In this document: positions 48,587-59,721 of the stretch, piece after piece | Position numbering within the stretch: position 1 is the first letter of the stretch | Layout of the letters: each line of letters opens with the position of its first letter | NCBI GenBank assembly: GCA_963665235.2 | Contig: CAXXLX010000001.1 | Location: 1,888,001-1,952,000 of the forward strand | Direction of reading: 5' to 3' | Source: Candidatus Poribacteria bacterium | GTDB taxonomy: Bacteria > Poribacteria > WGA-4E > WGA-3G | Length of the DNA stretch: 64,000 nt | The notes under the pieces: generated by a model | Seen by the model: only the letters and a program-made list of their open reading frames with translations | Told to the model about the DNA's origin: nothing | Databases searched by the model: none | Made by a program: the position numbers and the translations under genes

Positions 48587-50080
48587 TCAAAGGAACACGA
48601 CTGTGACAATCACGAAGAGCGGGAACAAAATAGCGACGGACCATAACATGAACCCAAAGAAACTTGGCATCCGGATACCGCTCTGTTCGGCAATCGACTT
48701 TACCATAAAATTCGGTGCATTCCCGATATAGGTATTTGCCCCCATAAACACCGCACCGACAGAAATAGCCGTTAACAGGTCAACAAAGGCTTTGTGGCTC
48801 TCAGGCAACGATTCTATTGGTGTAGACAAAATTTCTGGGACCAAAGCTTCGCTGAGCCCCAACTTTCCTAGAGCCGTATTGAAGAACGTCAAATATGTCG
48901 GCGCATTATCTAGGAAGCTGGACAGGATACCCGTAATCCAGAAATAGTGAGAGGGCTGTTGAATTGCGGCTATTAAACCACTGAGCGCGCCTTTATCGCC
49001 AGCCTTTAGAATCGCTAACGCGGGAATAATCGTCATAAAAATTCCGGCGAAAACTTTGGCAACCTCCTCAATTGGCTCCCAAGAAAACGCGTTGGTTTGA
49101 CGTAATTCACCGCTAAAGGGTGTAAATTTAAGCGACAATAACCCCATAGCGACAATTAACACTTCACGGGTTATATTCTGCCACTCCACATGAACCCCTA
49201 GTATGCTAACTTCGCCTAACTTCAAAGTCCCGCTCATCAAGACAGCAGCAACGATGCCGAGCAGGAATATAAGATTGAACAGCCCATCCACGCGAATCGG
49301 TTCGTTTGTCCCATCATCCGGCACAACGCCACCTTCTCGTTTGAACATAAAGGTGTCAAATATAAAGAAGATAACAATCAATAGCGCGCTAATGAAAAGC
49401 ATGTGCGGTAAGAGTGCTGTCGTTGTCCAGAAAAATGGCACACCCCGGAGAAAGCCAAGAAAAAGCGGCGGGTCACCCAAGGGCGTTAAGGAGCCACCGA
49501 TGTTGCTCACAAGAAAGATGAAAAAGACTATCAGATGAACCTTGCTTTTACGATAGGCATTCGCACGAATCAACGGCCGAATGAGAAGCATCGATGCCCC
49601 TGTAGTACCTACCCATGAGGCAATGACTGTCCCAATCAACAACAGAATTGTGTTAACAATAGGCGTGCCCCGCAACGTTCCCCGTACGAGAATCCCCCCT
49701 GCCACTGTAAACAGGCCCCATAAAAGGACGATGAAAGGGATATAGTCTAACAGGTAAATGTGCAGAATATCGTAGAATGCTTTCCCTCTGAAAACAGCGA
49801 GATAGGGGATGGCGAAGCTTAACGCCCAGGCCAAAGACATCTTTCCCCCGTGATGGACCAGAAAGTGAGAATCGAACACAAGTGGAAAAATTGCTATCGA
49901 CAGAAGAATGCCGACAAACGGGATGATACTCCAAATGGGTAATTTGGCACCGTCTACGCCATGCCCATGGTGTGCAGCATCGCCACCGTGCTCGTCATCT
50001 GCACCGAATGCTAATGAAAACGGGAGCGCGAATCCTAAAATGACACAAATAATAAGACAAAATACAAATTTGGATTTCAC
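48587..50080 (-). CDS. Putative sodium:proton antiporter (IT superfamily)
   Basis: GTTGASMLLIRP, SNIGGSLTPLGDPPLFLGFL, SSFLDNAPTY, TYIGNAPNFMV; GTG start abuts the nuoM stop. Confidence 0.85.
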   Translation of the reverse strand: MKSKFVFCLIICVILGFALPFSLAFGADDEHGGDAAHHGHGVDGAKLPIWSIIPFVGILLSIAIFPLVFDSHFLVHHGGKMSLAWALSFAIPYLAVFRGKAFYDILHIYLLDYIPFIVLLWGLFTVAGGILVRGTLRGTPIVNTILLLIGTVIASWVGTTGASMLLIRPLIRANAYRKSKVHLIVFFIFLVSNIGGSLTPLGDPPLFLGFLRGVPFFWTTTALLPHMLFISALLIVIFFIFDTFMFKREGGVVPDDGTNEPIRVDGLFNLIFLLGIVAAVLMSGTLKLGEVSILGVHVEWQNITREVLIVAMGLLSLKFTPFSGELRQTNAFSWEPIEEVAKVFAGIFMTIIPALAILKAGDKGALSGLIAAIQQPSHYFWITGILSSFLDNAPTYLTFFNTALGKLGLSEALVPEILSTPIESLPESHKAFVDLLTAISVGAVFMGANTYIGNAPNFMVKSIAEQSGIRMPSFFGFMLWSVAILFPLFVIVTVVFL

Positions 50081-51658
50081 TTACTTCGTCTGCCCCTCCT
50101 CTTCAATTAACTGCAACGTCGCAGTCTCGACCTCTATCATAGCGTCTTGACGGGGAGCGTCTCCAACCACTGGGGTGTTTTGTACGCTATCTACTTTCCT
50201 TACCACTTCCTTCACAGACGCTTCCATCGGTTTCAGGAAGGAGTTTGGATAGACACCAATCCAGACGATGAATAGAAGTATCGGTAAGAGCACAACGATT
50301 TCGCGTGCGTTGAGATCCGGCAAAGCTTCGTTCGTTTTATCAAGTTTACCGAACATAACCCGTTGGAACATCCACAGCATATAAACTGCTGCCAGAATGA
50401 CACCTGTTGTTGCGAAGACGACGTACCATTTTGAAAACGCACCCTTGACGAAACTGCCCATAAGAATCATGAATTCGCCTATGAATCCATTAAGCCCGGG
50501 CAATCCGATTGAGGACAATGTGACAATCAGAAAGATGGCCGCGAAAATGGGCATCCGCTTTGCTAACCCCCCGAAATCAACAATCATACGGCTGTGGCGA
50601 CGTTCATAAATCATGCCTACCAATAGGAACAGTGCGCCTGTGCTTAAACCGTGATTAATCATCTGGAGCATACTGCCCTGGATACCTAAGTCATGCTGTG
50701 AAAACAGCCCCAGCACAACAAAACCGAGGTGACTGACACTGGAATAGGCGACCAATTTTTTCAAATCGGGTTGCACCATGGCGACCAACGCGCCGTAAAT
50801 TATGCCGATAACAGCGAGTGGCACTATCCACGGCGTGTAGGCCGCTGCGGCTTCTGGGAAGAGCGGTAAGCAGAACCGGACTATTCCGTACGTGCCCATT
50901 TTGAGCAGCACACCCGCAAGGATAACACTTCCTACCGTAGGGGCTTCAACGTGGGCATCCGGTAGCCAGGTATGGAATGGGAAAAGCGGCACTTTAATTG
51001 CGAACGCGATGAAAAACGCAAGGAATAGGAGGTGTGAGTGCTCGAATCCGCCTGTTTTTTCGTAGAGCGTTGTTAAGGCAAAACTATTGTCGTTCTGGAA
51101 GTATAGGTACAGAATACCGACCAGCATCAGGGCACTGCCAGCCATCGTATAGAGGACAAACTTCACCGTGGCGTAAATCCGCCGTTCGCCTCCCCAGACA
51201 CCGATGAGAAAATACATCGGAATCAACATGGATTCCCAGAATACGAAAAAGAGAAACAGGTCTAAGGCGCAGAACACCCCTAACATACCGGTTTCTAAAG
51301 CGAGCAGCGACATCATAAAACCGCTCACGCTTTTCTTAACCGAATCCCAGGCGGCGAGAATACACACCGGGGTGAGAAAGGTTGTGAGAAGCACTAACCA
51401 CAGCGAAATCCCATCAATGCCGATATGATAGTTTGTATTTAGACCGCTAATCCATTCTAGATTCTGGTGCAATTGTGGATTCGTTTGGAAACCCGCGATG
51501 TCTGCATCAAATCCGGTATAAACCCAGAGCGAGATAACGAATGTCAACAAGCTGATAGCAAGGGCAATCCACTTCACAACGGATGCACCCATCCCTCTGA
51601 GCAAAGCAATCGCTATCACGCCGAGCAGTGGTAAAAAAATAACTATTGAAAGTAGCAA
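50081..51658 (-). CDS. nuoM: NADH-quinone oxidoreductase subunit M
   Basis: GIDGIS, IKVPLFPFHTWLPDAHVEAPT, DLKKLVAYSSVSH. Confidence 0.96.
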   Translation of the reverse strand: MLLSIVIFLPLLGVIAIALLRGMGASVVKWIALAISLLTFVISLWVYTGFDADIAGFQTNPQLHQNLEWISGLNTNYHIGIDGISLWLVLLTTFLTPVCILAAWDSVKKSVSGFMMSLLALETGMLGVFCALDLFLFFVFWESMLIPMYFLIGVWGGERRIYATVKFVLYTMAGSALMLVGILYLYFQNDNSFALTTLYEKTGGFEHSHLLFLAFFIAFAIKVPLFPFHTWLPDAHVEAPTVGSVILAGVLLKMGTYGIVRFCLPLFPEAAAAYTPWIVPLAVIGIIYGALVAMVQPDLKKLVAYSSVSHLGFVVLGLFSQHDLGIQGSMLQMINHGLSTGALFLLVGMIYERRHSRMIVDFGGLAKRMPIFAAIFLIVTLSSIGLPGLNGFIGEFMILMGSFVKGAFSKWYVVFATTGVILAAVYMLWMFQRVMFGKLDKTNEALPDLNAREIVVLLPILLFIVWIGVYPNSFLKPMEASVKEVVRKVDSVQNTPVVGDAPRQDAMIEVETATLQLIEEEGQTK

Positions 51659-51732
51659 GAAAAACTCCTTCTAATGAGGTAAATCTAGTGGTCTGTCCAC
51701 ATTAAAATTATCTGTTTTATCCTTTTCCGCCG

Positions 51733-53634
51733 TTAATTAGCAAAAAACAGGTAATATGCAAGGAATAACACAATGCCCAACACCATCGAAACAATGTACA
51801 CCTGGACAAGTCCTGTTTGCAACCGTCGCAGTGTACCGCCAATCATTCGGATAAGCCCTGCCACGCCGTTGACAATGCCATCAATAAGACCGTTGTCTAA
51901 AAACCGCCACAGTAGATAGTGAGACCCGTTTTTGAGCGGCTGCACAATGAGCGTGTTATACACTTCATCAACGTAGTACTTGTTCGCGACAAGTTTCTGC
52001 AACGCGTTAGGAGGTTCCGCAGAGGGCACCCGATTTTTGTAACGCGTCCAAGCGAACCAAATACCCCCCAGACCGACAACCGCTGAAATTGCCATAAACA
52101 GAATCACACTCCCCGATGCCTCATAGTGCACCTCTGGAAAAACGTCCTTTGTGAAACCGTGGAACCAGCTATAATGTCCCCCTATACCTAAGAGCAAACC
52201 GATAATAGCAGAGGGGACAGCAAGGATAACCAACGGCACCCACATTACTGCCGGCGATTCATGGAGATGTGACTCAACATCCGCGTCAACGCGAGATTTA
52301 CCGTAAAAGGTTACGAAGATGAGCCGGAACATATAGAACGCTGTCAAGAATGCTGTGATTAATCCGATGATGTAAATCAATTTGGAACTGCCCCACGCGC
52401 TGTGGAGGATTTCATCCTTGCTCCAGAATCCGCTCAGGAAGGGGAAGCCGGCTATTGCTAAAGCACCGATGAGAAATGTGGCGTGGGTAATGGGCATCTT
52501 TTTCCGTAAACCGCCCATTTTTCGCATATCTAATTCGTTTGCCATTGCATGCATGACACTGCCAGCCGTTAGGAACATCAGACCTTTGAAGAAGGCGTGT
52601 GTTACCAGATGGAAAATCCCAGAAGCATATGCTCCAACCCCGACTCCGACGAACATATAACCTAATTGACTTACAGTTGAATAGGCGAGAATCCGTTTGA
52701 TATCGTTCTGTTTCAACGCAATCGTTGCAGCGAAGAACGCGGTTAAGACCCCAACCCAAGCAACAACCCATCCAGTATGGGCGATATTGTAAAGCACCGC
52801 GGAACGTGCTATCATATAGACACCTGCTGTCACCATTGTGGCAGCGTGAATTAATGCACTGACAGGCGTTGGGCCCTCCATTGCGTCCGGAAGCCAAACG
52901 TAAAGCGGAAGTTGTGCCGATTTCCCTACCGCACCGACAAAGAGCAGCAGCGTCGCAACTATAAGCGTGCTTGTGCCGAAAACTTGATTAAAATTACCTG
53001 CCTCGGCTGATGCAAAAATTTTGGTGAAGTCCAAGGTTTCAAACGCAGCAAACAACGTAAACATGCCGAGCAGAAATCCGAAATCACCGATACGGTTGAC
53101 AATAAACGCCTTTTTACCGGCATCTGTCGCAGACTGTTTCTCATACCAGAACCCTATCAGGAGGTAGGAGCAGAGCCCAACCCCCTCCCAGCCAACGAAC
53201 ATCAACAGGTAGTTGTTGCCGAGAACTAGGATGAGCATCGCAAACACAAATAGATTGAGGTAGGCAAAATAACGGGTGTATCCTGAATCGCCGTGCATGT
53301 ACCCAATTGAGTACACATGGATAATGAAACCAACACCTGTGATAACCAGCAGCATTACCGTCGTCAGCGCGTCAACGTGAAAACCGATATCAAAATTGAA
53401 CGACCCGACCGTAATCCATTTGTAGAGGATACCCTCCTCGCCTTCAAGCGAGGGGCCGCCGTTGACAATGCTGAAGAACGCAATCAGAGAACAGATAAAC
53501 GAGACGAATACCGCAAGCGCGCCTATCCACCCGCTCAATTTTTCGTTACCTTTCAGCCATTTTCCAAATAAGCCGTTAATCAGAAACCCGACAAGCGGGG
53601 AAATTAACAGGACAACAATGAGTACAAGTGACAT
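51733..53634 (-). CDS. nuoL: NADH-quinone oxidoreductase subunit L
   Basis: GKSAQLPLYVWLPDAMEGPTPVSALIHAATMV. Confidence 0.97.
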   Translation of the reverse strand: MSLVLIVVLLISPLVGFLINGLFGKWLKGNEKLSGWIGALAVFVSFICSLIAFFSIVNGGPSLEGEEGILYKWITVGSFNFDIGFHVDALTTVMLLVITGVGFIIHVYSIGYMHGDSGYTRYFAYLNLFVFAMLILVLGNNYLLMFVGWEGVGLCSYLLIGFWYEKQSATDAGKKAFIVNRIGDFGFLLGMFTLFAAFETLDFTKIFASAEAGNFNQVFGTSTLIVATLLLFVGAVGKSAQLPLYVWLPDAMEGPTPVSALIHAATMVTAGVYMIARSAVLYNIAHTGWVVAWVGVLTAFFAATIALKQNDIKRILAYSTVSQLGYMFVGVGVGAYASGIFHLVTHAFFKGLMFLTAGSVMHAMANELDMRKMGGLRKKMPITHATFLIGALAIAGFPFLSGFWSKDEILHSAWGSSKLIYIIGLITAFLTAFYMFRLIFVTFYGKSRVDADVESHLHESPAVMWVPLVILAVPSAIIGLLLGIGGHYSWFHGFTKDVFPEVHYEASGSVILFMAISAVVGLGGIWFAWTRYKNRVPSAEPPNALQKLVANKYYVDEVYNTLIVQPLKNGSHYLLWRFLDNGLIDGIVNGVAGLIRMIGGTLRRLQTGLVQVYIVSMVLGIVLFLAYYLFFAN

Positions 53635-53637
53635 GTT

Positions 53638-53937
53638 TTATCCTTTCAGCGAATTAACTTCATCTACATTAATGGATTGCCGATGTTTGAAGACGCTGAC
53701 GATAATTGCCAATCCAATCGCCACCTCGGCGGCAGCGACGGTCATGACAAAGAAAACGAAGACCTGCCCGGTTGTTTCACCCAGGCTGCGACTGATTGCA
53801 ACAAAGGCGAGGTTCGCCGCGTTGAGCATCAGTTCAATGCACATAAAAATGATAATCGCATTCCTGCGGACGAGGACTCCGATAACCCCAATCGTAAACA
53901 GGAGTGCGCTTAAAATTAGATAGTATTCCAGAGCCAT
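53638..53937 (-). CDS. nuoK: NADH-quinone oxidoreductase subunit K
   Basis: [22 protein letters not shown]. Confidence 0.96.
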   Translation of the reverse strand: MALEYYLILSALLFTIGVIGVLVRRNAIIIFMCIELMLNAANLAFVAISRSLGETTGQVFVFFVMTVAAAEVAIGLAIIVSVFKHRQSINVDEVNSLKG

Positions 53938-53971
53938 ATAAAATCCTTTCCGTTTACCGTAAACGTGAAGT

Positions 53972-54511
53972 CTACCCGCTTTCAGGGTTGCTCGGCCGGT
54001 CACGTTTTACCAAGACAATAACCCCAATCAGGGCTGCAAGCAGTATCAAGGAGGTAACCTCAAAGGGGAGGAGATACTCGGTGAACAGAAGTTTACCGAT
54101 TTCGTAAGTCTCGACCGAGTGTTCAGGGGTATCTGCTGTAGCCGCTACCTGTTGTGCTGGAGCGTTGCGAGCATTCACTGCGATGTAAATCGCTTCAGCT
54201 GCAAAGAGAATACCTAAGACAATAGCAACGCCTTTCAACTTCCCCGAAAGTCCCCCGCTTGCTGAGAGGGTGCCTAAGTTTAGGAGCATAATTACAAAGA
54301 GAAACAGCACCATAATAGCACCCGCGTAAACTATCACTTGGGCAGCAGCAACGAAGTGCGCTCCCAATAAGACAAACAGCCCCGCTTGCGCGAAAAAGGT
54401 GACAACAAGGGACAGCGCACTATAAATCGGATGCCGAAACGAAATCACAGAAATCGCACCAATCAGTGAGACTCCCCCGAAAATGATAAATAGAATCTGT
54501 TCTGCATTCAT
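53972..54511 (-). CDS. nuoJ: NADH-quinone oxidoreductase subunit J
   Basis: [26 protein letters not shown]. Confidence 0.96.
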   Translation of the reverse strand: MNAEQILFIIFGGVSLIGAISVISFRHPIYSALSLVVTFFAQAGLFVLLGAHFVAAAQVIVYAGAIMVLFLFVIMLLNLGTLSASGGLSGKLKGVAIVLGILFAAEAIYIAVNARNAPAQQVAATADTPEHSVETYEIGKLLFTEYLLPFEVTSLILLAALIGVIVLVKRDRPSNPESG

Positions 54512-54524
54512 TAAGGTACGCCTC

Positions 54525-55715
54525 CTATTCTATCGCGTCTAAACCCGCTGCGGTAAGCCCAGGTGCACCACGGTCCGTTTCTACCTCAGGGGCTTTATTC
54601 ATGACAAGCAATCCCGCTACAATCGATACGACTATAGCTGCGGCAACTACGTTGCCGATACCTACCCAGAGAAGGGATTGCGTTGTTACCCATAAGGTAC
54701 CTGTTGCAACAATTGATGTGAGTGCCACCGGTAACAAAAATTTCCAACCGAAGTTCATGAGCTGATCATAGCGGAACCTTGGTAGTGTCCACCGTACCCA
54801 AATAAACACGAATAGGAAAATAGCTGTTTTAACAAAGAAGATGCCGAACGAAATAAGACCGCTCCATACCGGGCCACCCACGTTTTCCAAACCAAAGAAG
54901 TGCCACCCGCCTAAGAAAAGCGTCACTGTTACCGCGCAGCCGACAATCATGTTCATATATTCTGCCATGAAAAACATCGCGAATTTCATGCTACTGTATT
55001 CGGTATGATACCCCGCAACTAGTTCCTGCTCCGCTTCGGCAAGGTCAAACGGCAATCGGTTCGTCTCCGCAAATATCGCTGTCGTAAATGCCAGAAACGC
55101 GGGAAAATGAATCAGGATGTTCCACTGCCACGGATACGAACCCTGTTGAATCGCAATGTCCCGAAGGCTCAGGGAGCCTGCCAACATCAGTACACCGATG
55201 ATTGACAACCCTAACGTTAATTCGTAGCTTATCATCTGTGCAGATGAACGTAAACCGCCTAAAAGCGAGTACTTGTTGTTCGAGGCCCATGCACCTAACA
55301 CAACACCGTAAACGCCGAGAGATGTTATTGCCAAGATATACAAAATGCCTATGTTGACGTTTGCAATATGAAGCGGTATTTCATACCCCAATATGGTAAT
55401 AGAACTTCCGAACGGCACGACTGCAATTGTAACGAGTGCCGGTATCAACAACATTGCTGGTGCCATTACGTAAAGCGGTTTATCTACATGATTCGGGATA
55501 AGGTCCTCCTTAAAGAGGAACTTAATGCCATCGGCGATGGGTTGGAGCAATCCCTGCGGCCCAACACGATTAGGCCCGAGCCGATCTTGTATCCATCCAC
55601 TCACCCGACGTTCCGACCAAATCATCGCCATTACACCAATAATCAGCATGTGTGCAATGATGAGAATTTTGATTACAGAGCTGAGGATAAAAACATGAAG
55701 AGGCAAATTATCCAT
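54525..55715 (-). CDS. nuoH: NADH-quinone oxidoreductase subunit H
   Basis: QDRLGPNRVGPQG, ETNRLPFDLAEAEQELVAGYHTEYS, PRFRYDQLM. Confidence 0.97.
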   Translation of the reverse strand: MDNLPLHVFILSSVIKILIIAHMLIIGVMAMIWSERRVSGWIQDRLGPNRVGPQGLLQPIADGIKFLFKEDLIPNHVDKPLYVMAPAMLLIPALVTIAVVPFGSSITILGYEIPLHIANVNIGILYILAITSLGVYGVVLGAWASNNKYSLLGGLRSSAQMISYELTLGLSIIGVLMLAGSLSLRDIAIQQGSYPWQWNILIHFPAFLAFTTAIFAETNRLPFDLAEAEQELVAGYHTEYSSMKFAMFFMAEYMNMIVGCAVTVTLFLGGWHFFGLENVGGPVWSGLISFGIFFVKTAIFLFVFIWVRWTLPRFRYDQLMNFGWKFLLPVALTSIVATGTLWVTTQSLLWVGIGNVVAAAIVVSIVAGLLVMNKAPEVETDRGAPGLTAAGLDAIE

Positions 55716-55766
55716 AGTTTCTCCTTTTTGAGCCTGTCTATAATTGATAGACTTATGCTAATTTAA

Positions 55767-55901
55767 TAGCAATTAGCAATTAGCAATTTGGCAATTGGCA
55801 AGACAGATAAGACGCGCGTCAAAGATATTGTCCGCACTACAAACTCTTGCTAAAGGTTTGCATCGGGCATCTGTCTCACAGAAATTGTCCAACCTACAGT
55901 A
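55767..55901. repeat. Heptamer-armed element plus dispersed repeat between nuoG and nuoH
   Basis: (TAGCAAT/TGGCAAT)n, core shared with 5886-6034; adjacent repeat matches 5730-5776 inverted and overlaps the nuoG stop. Confidence 0.65.
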
Positions 55902-57537
55902 ATTTAATCCCCGCATCTCCGATTTTTTGATGCGTTGCGTCCGCGTATCCCGGTACATTTTCCGCAATTGCCAGGGCAATTTCGCCAGCAAAGTGATAGT
56001 TCATTTCACCACCGAGCTGCTTGGCGAGTTGCTGCGCAATTTCCCAGTCTACACGTGCTTCCCCAGGTGGGTCAATTGTCTTGCGAATCCGTTGTACCCA
56101 TCCGGTTGAATTGGTAAACGTGCCGTCTTTCTCGGCGAAGGTTGTCCCTGGAAGCACGACATCCGCTATTTGTGTAACGGCTGACGGCAACACGTCTTGC
56201 ACGATAAGAAACTCGACATTCTCTAGTGCGGTTTTTTCAGCGTCTTGAAGGGCACGTTCCGGGGCACCACTAACGAGGTAGACGACTTTCGCTTCGGAGA
56301 CCTTCTCCCAGAGCGCGTCCCCCTCTAAAACGACGTTCCCGTTTGTGGAGCCGAGTATCGTTCGGGCACCTGCGGTATTCGGGTTTTTGTCCGCTTCAAT
56401 CGTAAATTGTGGGAATTTATGTTCTTCGCCCGGCACTTGGCCAAAGAGCCCTATCTGTGTTATCTTGAGCACATCGTGTGCGAACTGCTGTAAGACGTAG
56501 TTGTCCTCATTTGTGCCTTGTGCAGAGCCGATAACGACAATATCATCAGCCTCTGTTTCTGAAAGTTTTTCCGTAATCACTGCCAGCGCGTCCGCCCAAT
56601 GCGTTGATACCAATTCATCCTCAACCCGTTTCATTGGCAGTTGAAGCCTGTCATCGCTGTTGACATAGCGGTAACCGAGTCGACCATCGTCACACATCCA
56701 GTGTTGATTAATATCCGCATGGAATCGGGGTTTGAGTCTATAAACGCCATCCTCTTTGTATTCCACGGTGATATTACATCCGACACTACACCCAGAACAG
56801 ACGCTGTTCTCCTGCTTCAGAAACCACGGGCGTGATTTAAATAGGAAATCCTTACTAATCAATGCGCCGACGGGACAGATATCAACTACGTTGCCTGCCA
56901 ATTTGTTATCCAGCAGTTGTAAAGGGACCCCTTCGTGACTTCGCGGAATATCAATTTCGTCGTGCGAACCGCGGTTAATCAATCCAAGTTCACCGCTGCC
57001 CGACACTTCGTCACAAAATCGGATACATCGTGTGCAGACGATACAACGCGTTGAATAGAGCAGCACATCCGGCCCCAAGTCCTTTTTCGGTGGAACGTTT
57101 TTGACCTCCACGTAACGACTTTTATCGTGTCCGTGCCGGTAGCTAAAGTCTTGCAGGTCACACTCTCCTGCTTGGTCGCAAACAGGACAGTCGAGGGGGT
57201 GATGTACTAGGAGAAATTCGAGGATATCCTCGCGCGCTTTTTTGACACGCGGGCTGTCTGTTTGGACGATAAAATCGTACTTTTCATCGTACTTTCTATC
57301 TGGCGGCATCGTTCGAACCGTAGTTGTGCAGCCTGTTGCCAATTGCCGGTCCGGTGCAGCCGACCCTGCTGGCGAAGTGAAGGTCTCAACGAGACACATC
57401 CGACAGTTCGCGGGACGACTCAAGCCTGGGTGATAACAGTAGTGAGGCACTTCAATGCCGTGCTGCCGTGCTGCCTCAACTATATTCGTTCCATCTTCAA
57501 CCTCTATCTCAAGGTCATTTAATTTAACTAATGCCAT
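55894..57537 (-). CDS. nuoG: NADH-quinone oxidoreductase subunit G (short form)
   Basis: CYHPGL...CRMC, HPLDCPVCDQAGEC, CIVCTRCIRFC, CSGCSVGC. Confidence 0.92.
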   Translation of the reverse strand: MALVKLNDLEIEVEDGTNIVEAARQHGIEVPHYCYHPGLSRPANCRMCLVETFTSPAGSAAPDRQLATGCTTTVRTMPPDRKYDEKYDFIVQTDSPRVKKAREDILEFLLVHHPLDCPVCDQAGECDLQDFSYRHGHDKSRYVEVKNVPPKKDLGPDVLLYSTRCIVCTRCIRFCDEVSGSGELGLINRGSHDEIDIPRSHEGVPLQLLDNKLAGNVVDICPVGALISKDFLFKSRPWFLKQENSVCSGCSVGCNITVEYKEDGVYRLKPRFHADINQHWMCDDGRLGYRYVNSDDRLQLPMKRVEDELVSTHWADALAVITEKLSETEADDIVVIGSAQGTNEDNYVLQQFAHDVLKITQIGLFGQVPGEEHKFPQFTIEADKNPNTAGARTILGSTNGNVVLEGDALWEKVSEAKVVYLVSGAPERALQDAEKTALENVEFLIVQDVLPSAVTQIADVVLPGTTFAEKDGTFTNSTGWVQRIRKTIDPPGEARVDWEIAQQLAKQLGGEMNYHFAGEIALAIAENVPGYADATHQKIGDAGIKLL

Positions 57538-57595
57538 AAATTTTACTCCAATGGCTTCGGTTTTTAGCCCTTAGTAGCCGTAGTGTGCCGGGGGT

Positions 57596-59071
57596 TTATA
57601 GGTCAGCAAACTCTTTCGGAATAAATCGCTGTTGGTATGCGTAATTTTCCTCCGGCGGTACGGTCGCTTCCGTAACAGGTAGGGTAACCAGTTTACCTTC
57701 TCGGATAGCGGCTTCAAATTCAGGACGGAATTTCCGCATATAACTCACTGCCGGCCACGAGACAGCAATGCCGAAAACACAGATAGTATTCCATGTCATG
57801 GTATCTACGTTCGCAATGTTATTCGCGACGTTCTCCAGCAGCTCAAGGTCTTCGTAAATTTCCTCTGTTTCGCCTGTATCCCCCCATCTGCCGCTTTCGG
57901 TGATGCCAAATTTTGGACGTGTGACGGTCGTCTTTCGACCTTCACCATCGGCAATCCGTTGCACAATATCACGTACCCACGGGGTGCCCCAGCGACACGG
58001 CGTACACTGTCCACACGACTCATGCGCGTAGAATTTCATGATGTTGAGCAGACAGTCAACGATGTTCCGCGTTTCGTTCATCACAATAATGCCCCCGGAG
58101 CCGAGCATTGATTTCGCGAGGGTTAGGGACGTAAAGTCTAGGCGTGTATCTAATTCGTAATGTGTCAAAATCGGTGCGGAGCTGCCACCCGGAATTACCG
58201 CCTTAACCTCCTCACCACGCAAACCGCCTGCGACTTCAATCAGTTCAGTGCAAGTCAAACCCAGCTCAAGTTCATAAACACCCGGTTCGTTGACATCCCC
58301 ACTGATACAGTAGAGTTTCGTGCCTGTATTCGGGTCCGCTTTTGGGGGGTCGGACCGCGTGTCAGCGTACGTTGGGCCCATGTCTGTGTACCATTCAACG
58401 CCATTCCCAACGATAAAGGGTAGGTTGCACAAGGTTTCCACATTCTGCACGACAGTCGGTTTTTGGAACACGCCTTGAACAGCAGGAAACGGGGGTTTGT
58501 TGCGCGGTTGTCCCCGTTTTCCCTCAAGCGATTCAATTAACCCTGTCTCTTCACCACAGATATAGGCACCAGCACCTGGGTGTGTATAGATGTCAACGTT
58601 TAGGTCAGTGCCGCGGATATTTTTACCGAGATACCCCTGCTCGTAAGCCTCTTTGATAGCAGCGTCTAACATCTTTTTGCCGAGCGTAAATTCGCCGCGG
58701 ATGTAGACATAAGTGGTCTCAATTCCCATTGCATAACAACAGATGAGGATGCCCTCAATTAACAGGTGTGGATTCTTCTCCAGGACATACCGGTTGCTGA
58801 ACGTCCCCGGTTCACTTTCGTCAGCATTACAACAGAGGTAGCGCGGTTCAATATCTTTCGGGACAAAACTCCACTTCGCCCCGGTTGAAAACCCTGCCCC
58901 GCCTCTGCCTTTCAACCCGGAATCCAGGACCATTTTAGCAATATCGTCCGGTTCATATTCGGCAATAGCCTTTTCAAAACGGGTGTAGCCCTCGTATTGG
59001 CGAAAGACATCAAATGTGTTAATATCGGGTACATCCAGATGCTCGTAGAGAATCCGTTTTTCTTGAAGCAT
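57596..59071 (-). CDS. nuoF: NADH-quinone oxidoreductase subunit F
   Basis: GRGGAGF, NADESEPG, GAGAYICGEET, ESCGQCTPCR. Confidence 0.96.
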   Translation of the reverse strand: MLQEKRILYEHLDVPDINTFDVFRQYEGYTRFEKAIAEYEPDDIAKMVLDSGLKGRGGAGFSTGAKWSFVPKDIEPRYLCCNADESEPGTFSNRYVLEKNPHLLIEGILICCYAMGIETTYVYIRGEFTLGKKMLDAAIKEAYEQGYLGKNIRGTDLNVDIYTHPGAGAYICGEETGLIESLEGKRGQPRNKPPFPAVQGVFQKPTVVQNVETLCNLPFIVGNGVEWYTDMGPTYADTRSDPPKADPNTGTKLYCISGDVNEPGVYELELGLTCTELIEVAGGLRGEEVKAVIPGGSSAPILTHYELDTRLDFTSLTLAKSMLGSGGIIVMNETRNIVDCLLNIMKFYAHESCGQCTPCRWGTPWVRDIVQRIADGEGRKTTVTRPKFGITESGRWGDTGETEEIYEDLELLENVANNIANVDTMTWNTICVFGIAVSWPAVSYMRKFRPEFEAAIREGKLVTLPVTEATVPPEENYAYQQRFIPKEFADL

Positions 59072-59107
59072 ACTTTTTCCTCTACAGATTGTCTCTTATC
59101 GTATCCT

Positions 59108-59159
59108 GTAGGTTGGATTGAACAAAGTAAACCCCAACAATGCGTTCTACTCAACCTAC
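59108..59159. repeat. REP-like palindrome
   Basis: GTAGGTTG...CAACCTAC. Confidence 0.55.
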
Positions 59160-59181
59160 GTTTGAATTCTTATAGCAAGTT

Positions 59182-59706
59182 TTAGCTTGCAAGCTGCGCT
59201 AAAAGTTCATCCACCTTTTCCGGTGTTAAATTTTTGTGTAGGTCTTCGTTAACCATAATGACAGGTGCGACATCGCAAGACGCGAGGCACTCTACCTTCA
59301 TAAGCGTAAACTTACCGTCAGCCGTTGTGCCTTTTGCGAGATTCGTTTCCGAGGCAACGTCTGTGCCTAATTTCGCTTTGAGGTGTTCTAAAACGAGCTT
59401 GCAATCCCGCAGGGCACACGGAAGCGTATGACAGACACGGATAACATATTCACCCACCGGTTCTTCAAAAAACATCGGGTAGAACGTCACCACATCTTTT
59501 ACCTTCATCACCGAGACCTCCAGCAGTCCTGCCACATATTGCATCACAGCCGGGGTGATATAGCCTTCCTGCTTTTGGGCGAGGTGAAGTGTCGGCAGCA
59601 TCGCCGCTTCCTTAATCGGATATCGCCCTATCAATTCGTCGAATTCACGTTGATTTTCTTCGTTAAACGCGAAAGGTGTTTCTATTTGAATGAGTTCATC
59701 TGACAT
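59182..59706 (-). CDS. nuoE: NADH-quinone oxidoreductase subunit E
   Basis: VVTFYPMF, CHTLPC, ECLASC. Confidence 0.95.
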   Translation of the reverse strand: MSDELIQIETPFAFNEENQREFDELIGRYPIKEAAMLPTLHLAQKQEGYITPAVMQYVAGLLEVSVMKVKDVVTFYPMFFEEPVGEYVIRVCHTLPCALRDCKLVLEHLKAKLGTDVASETNLAKGTTADGKFTLMKVECLASCDVAPVIMVNEDLHKNLTPEKVDELLAQLAS

Positions 59707-59721
59707 AAATATTTCTTTCCT

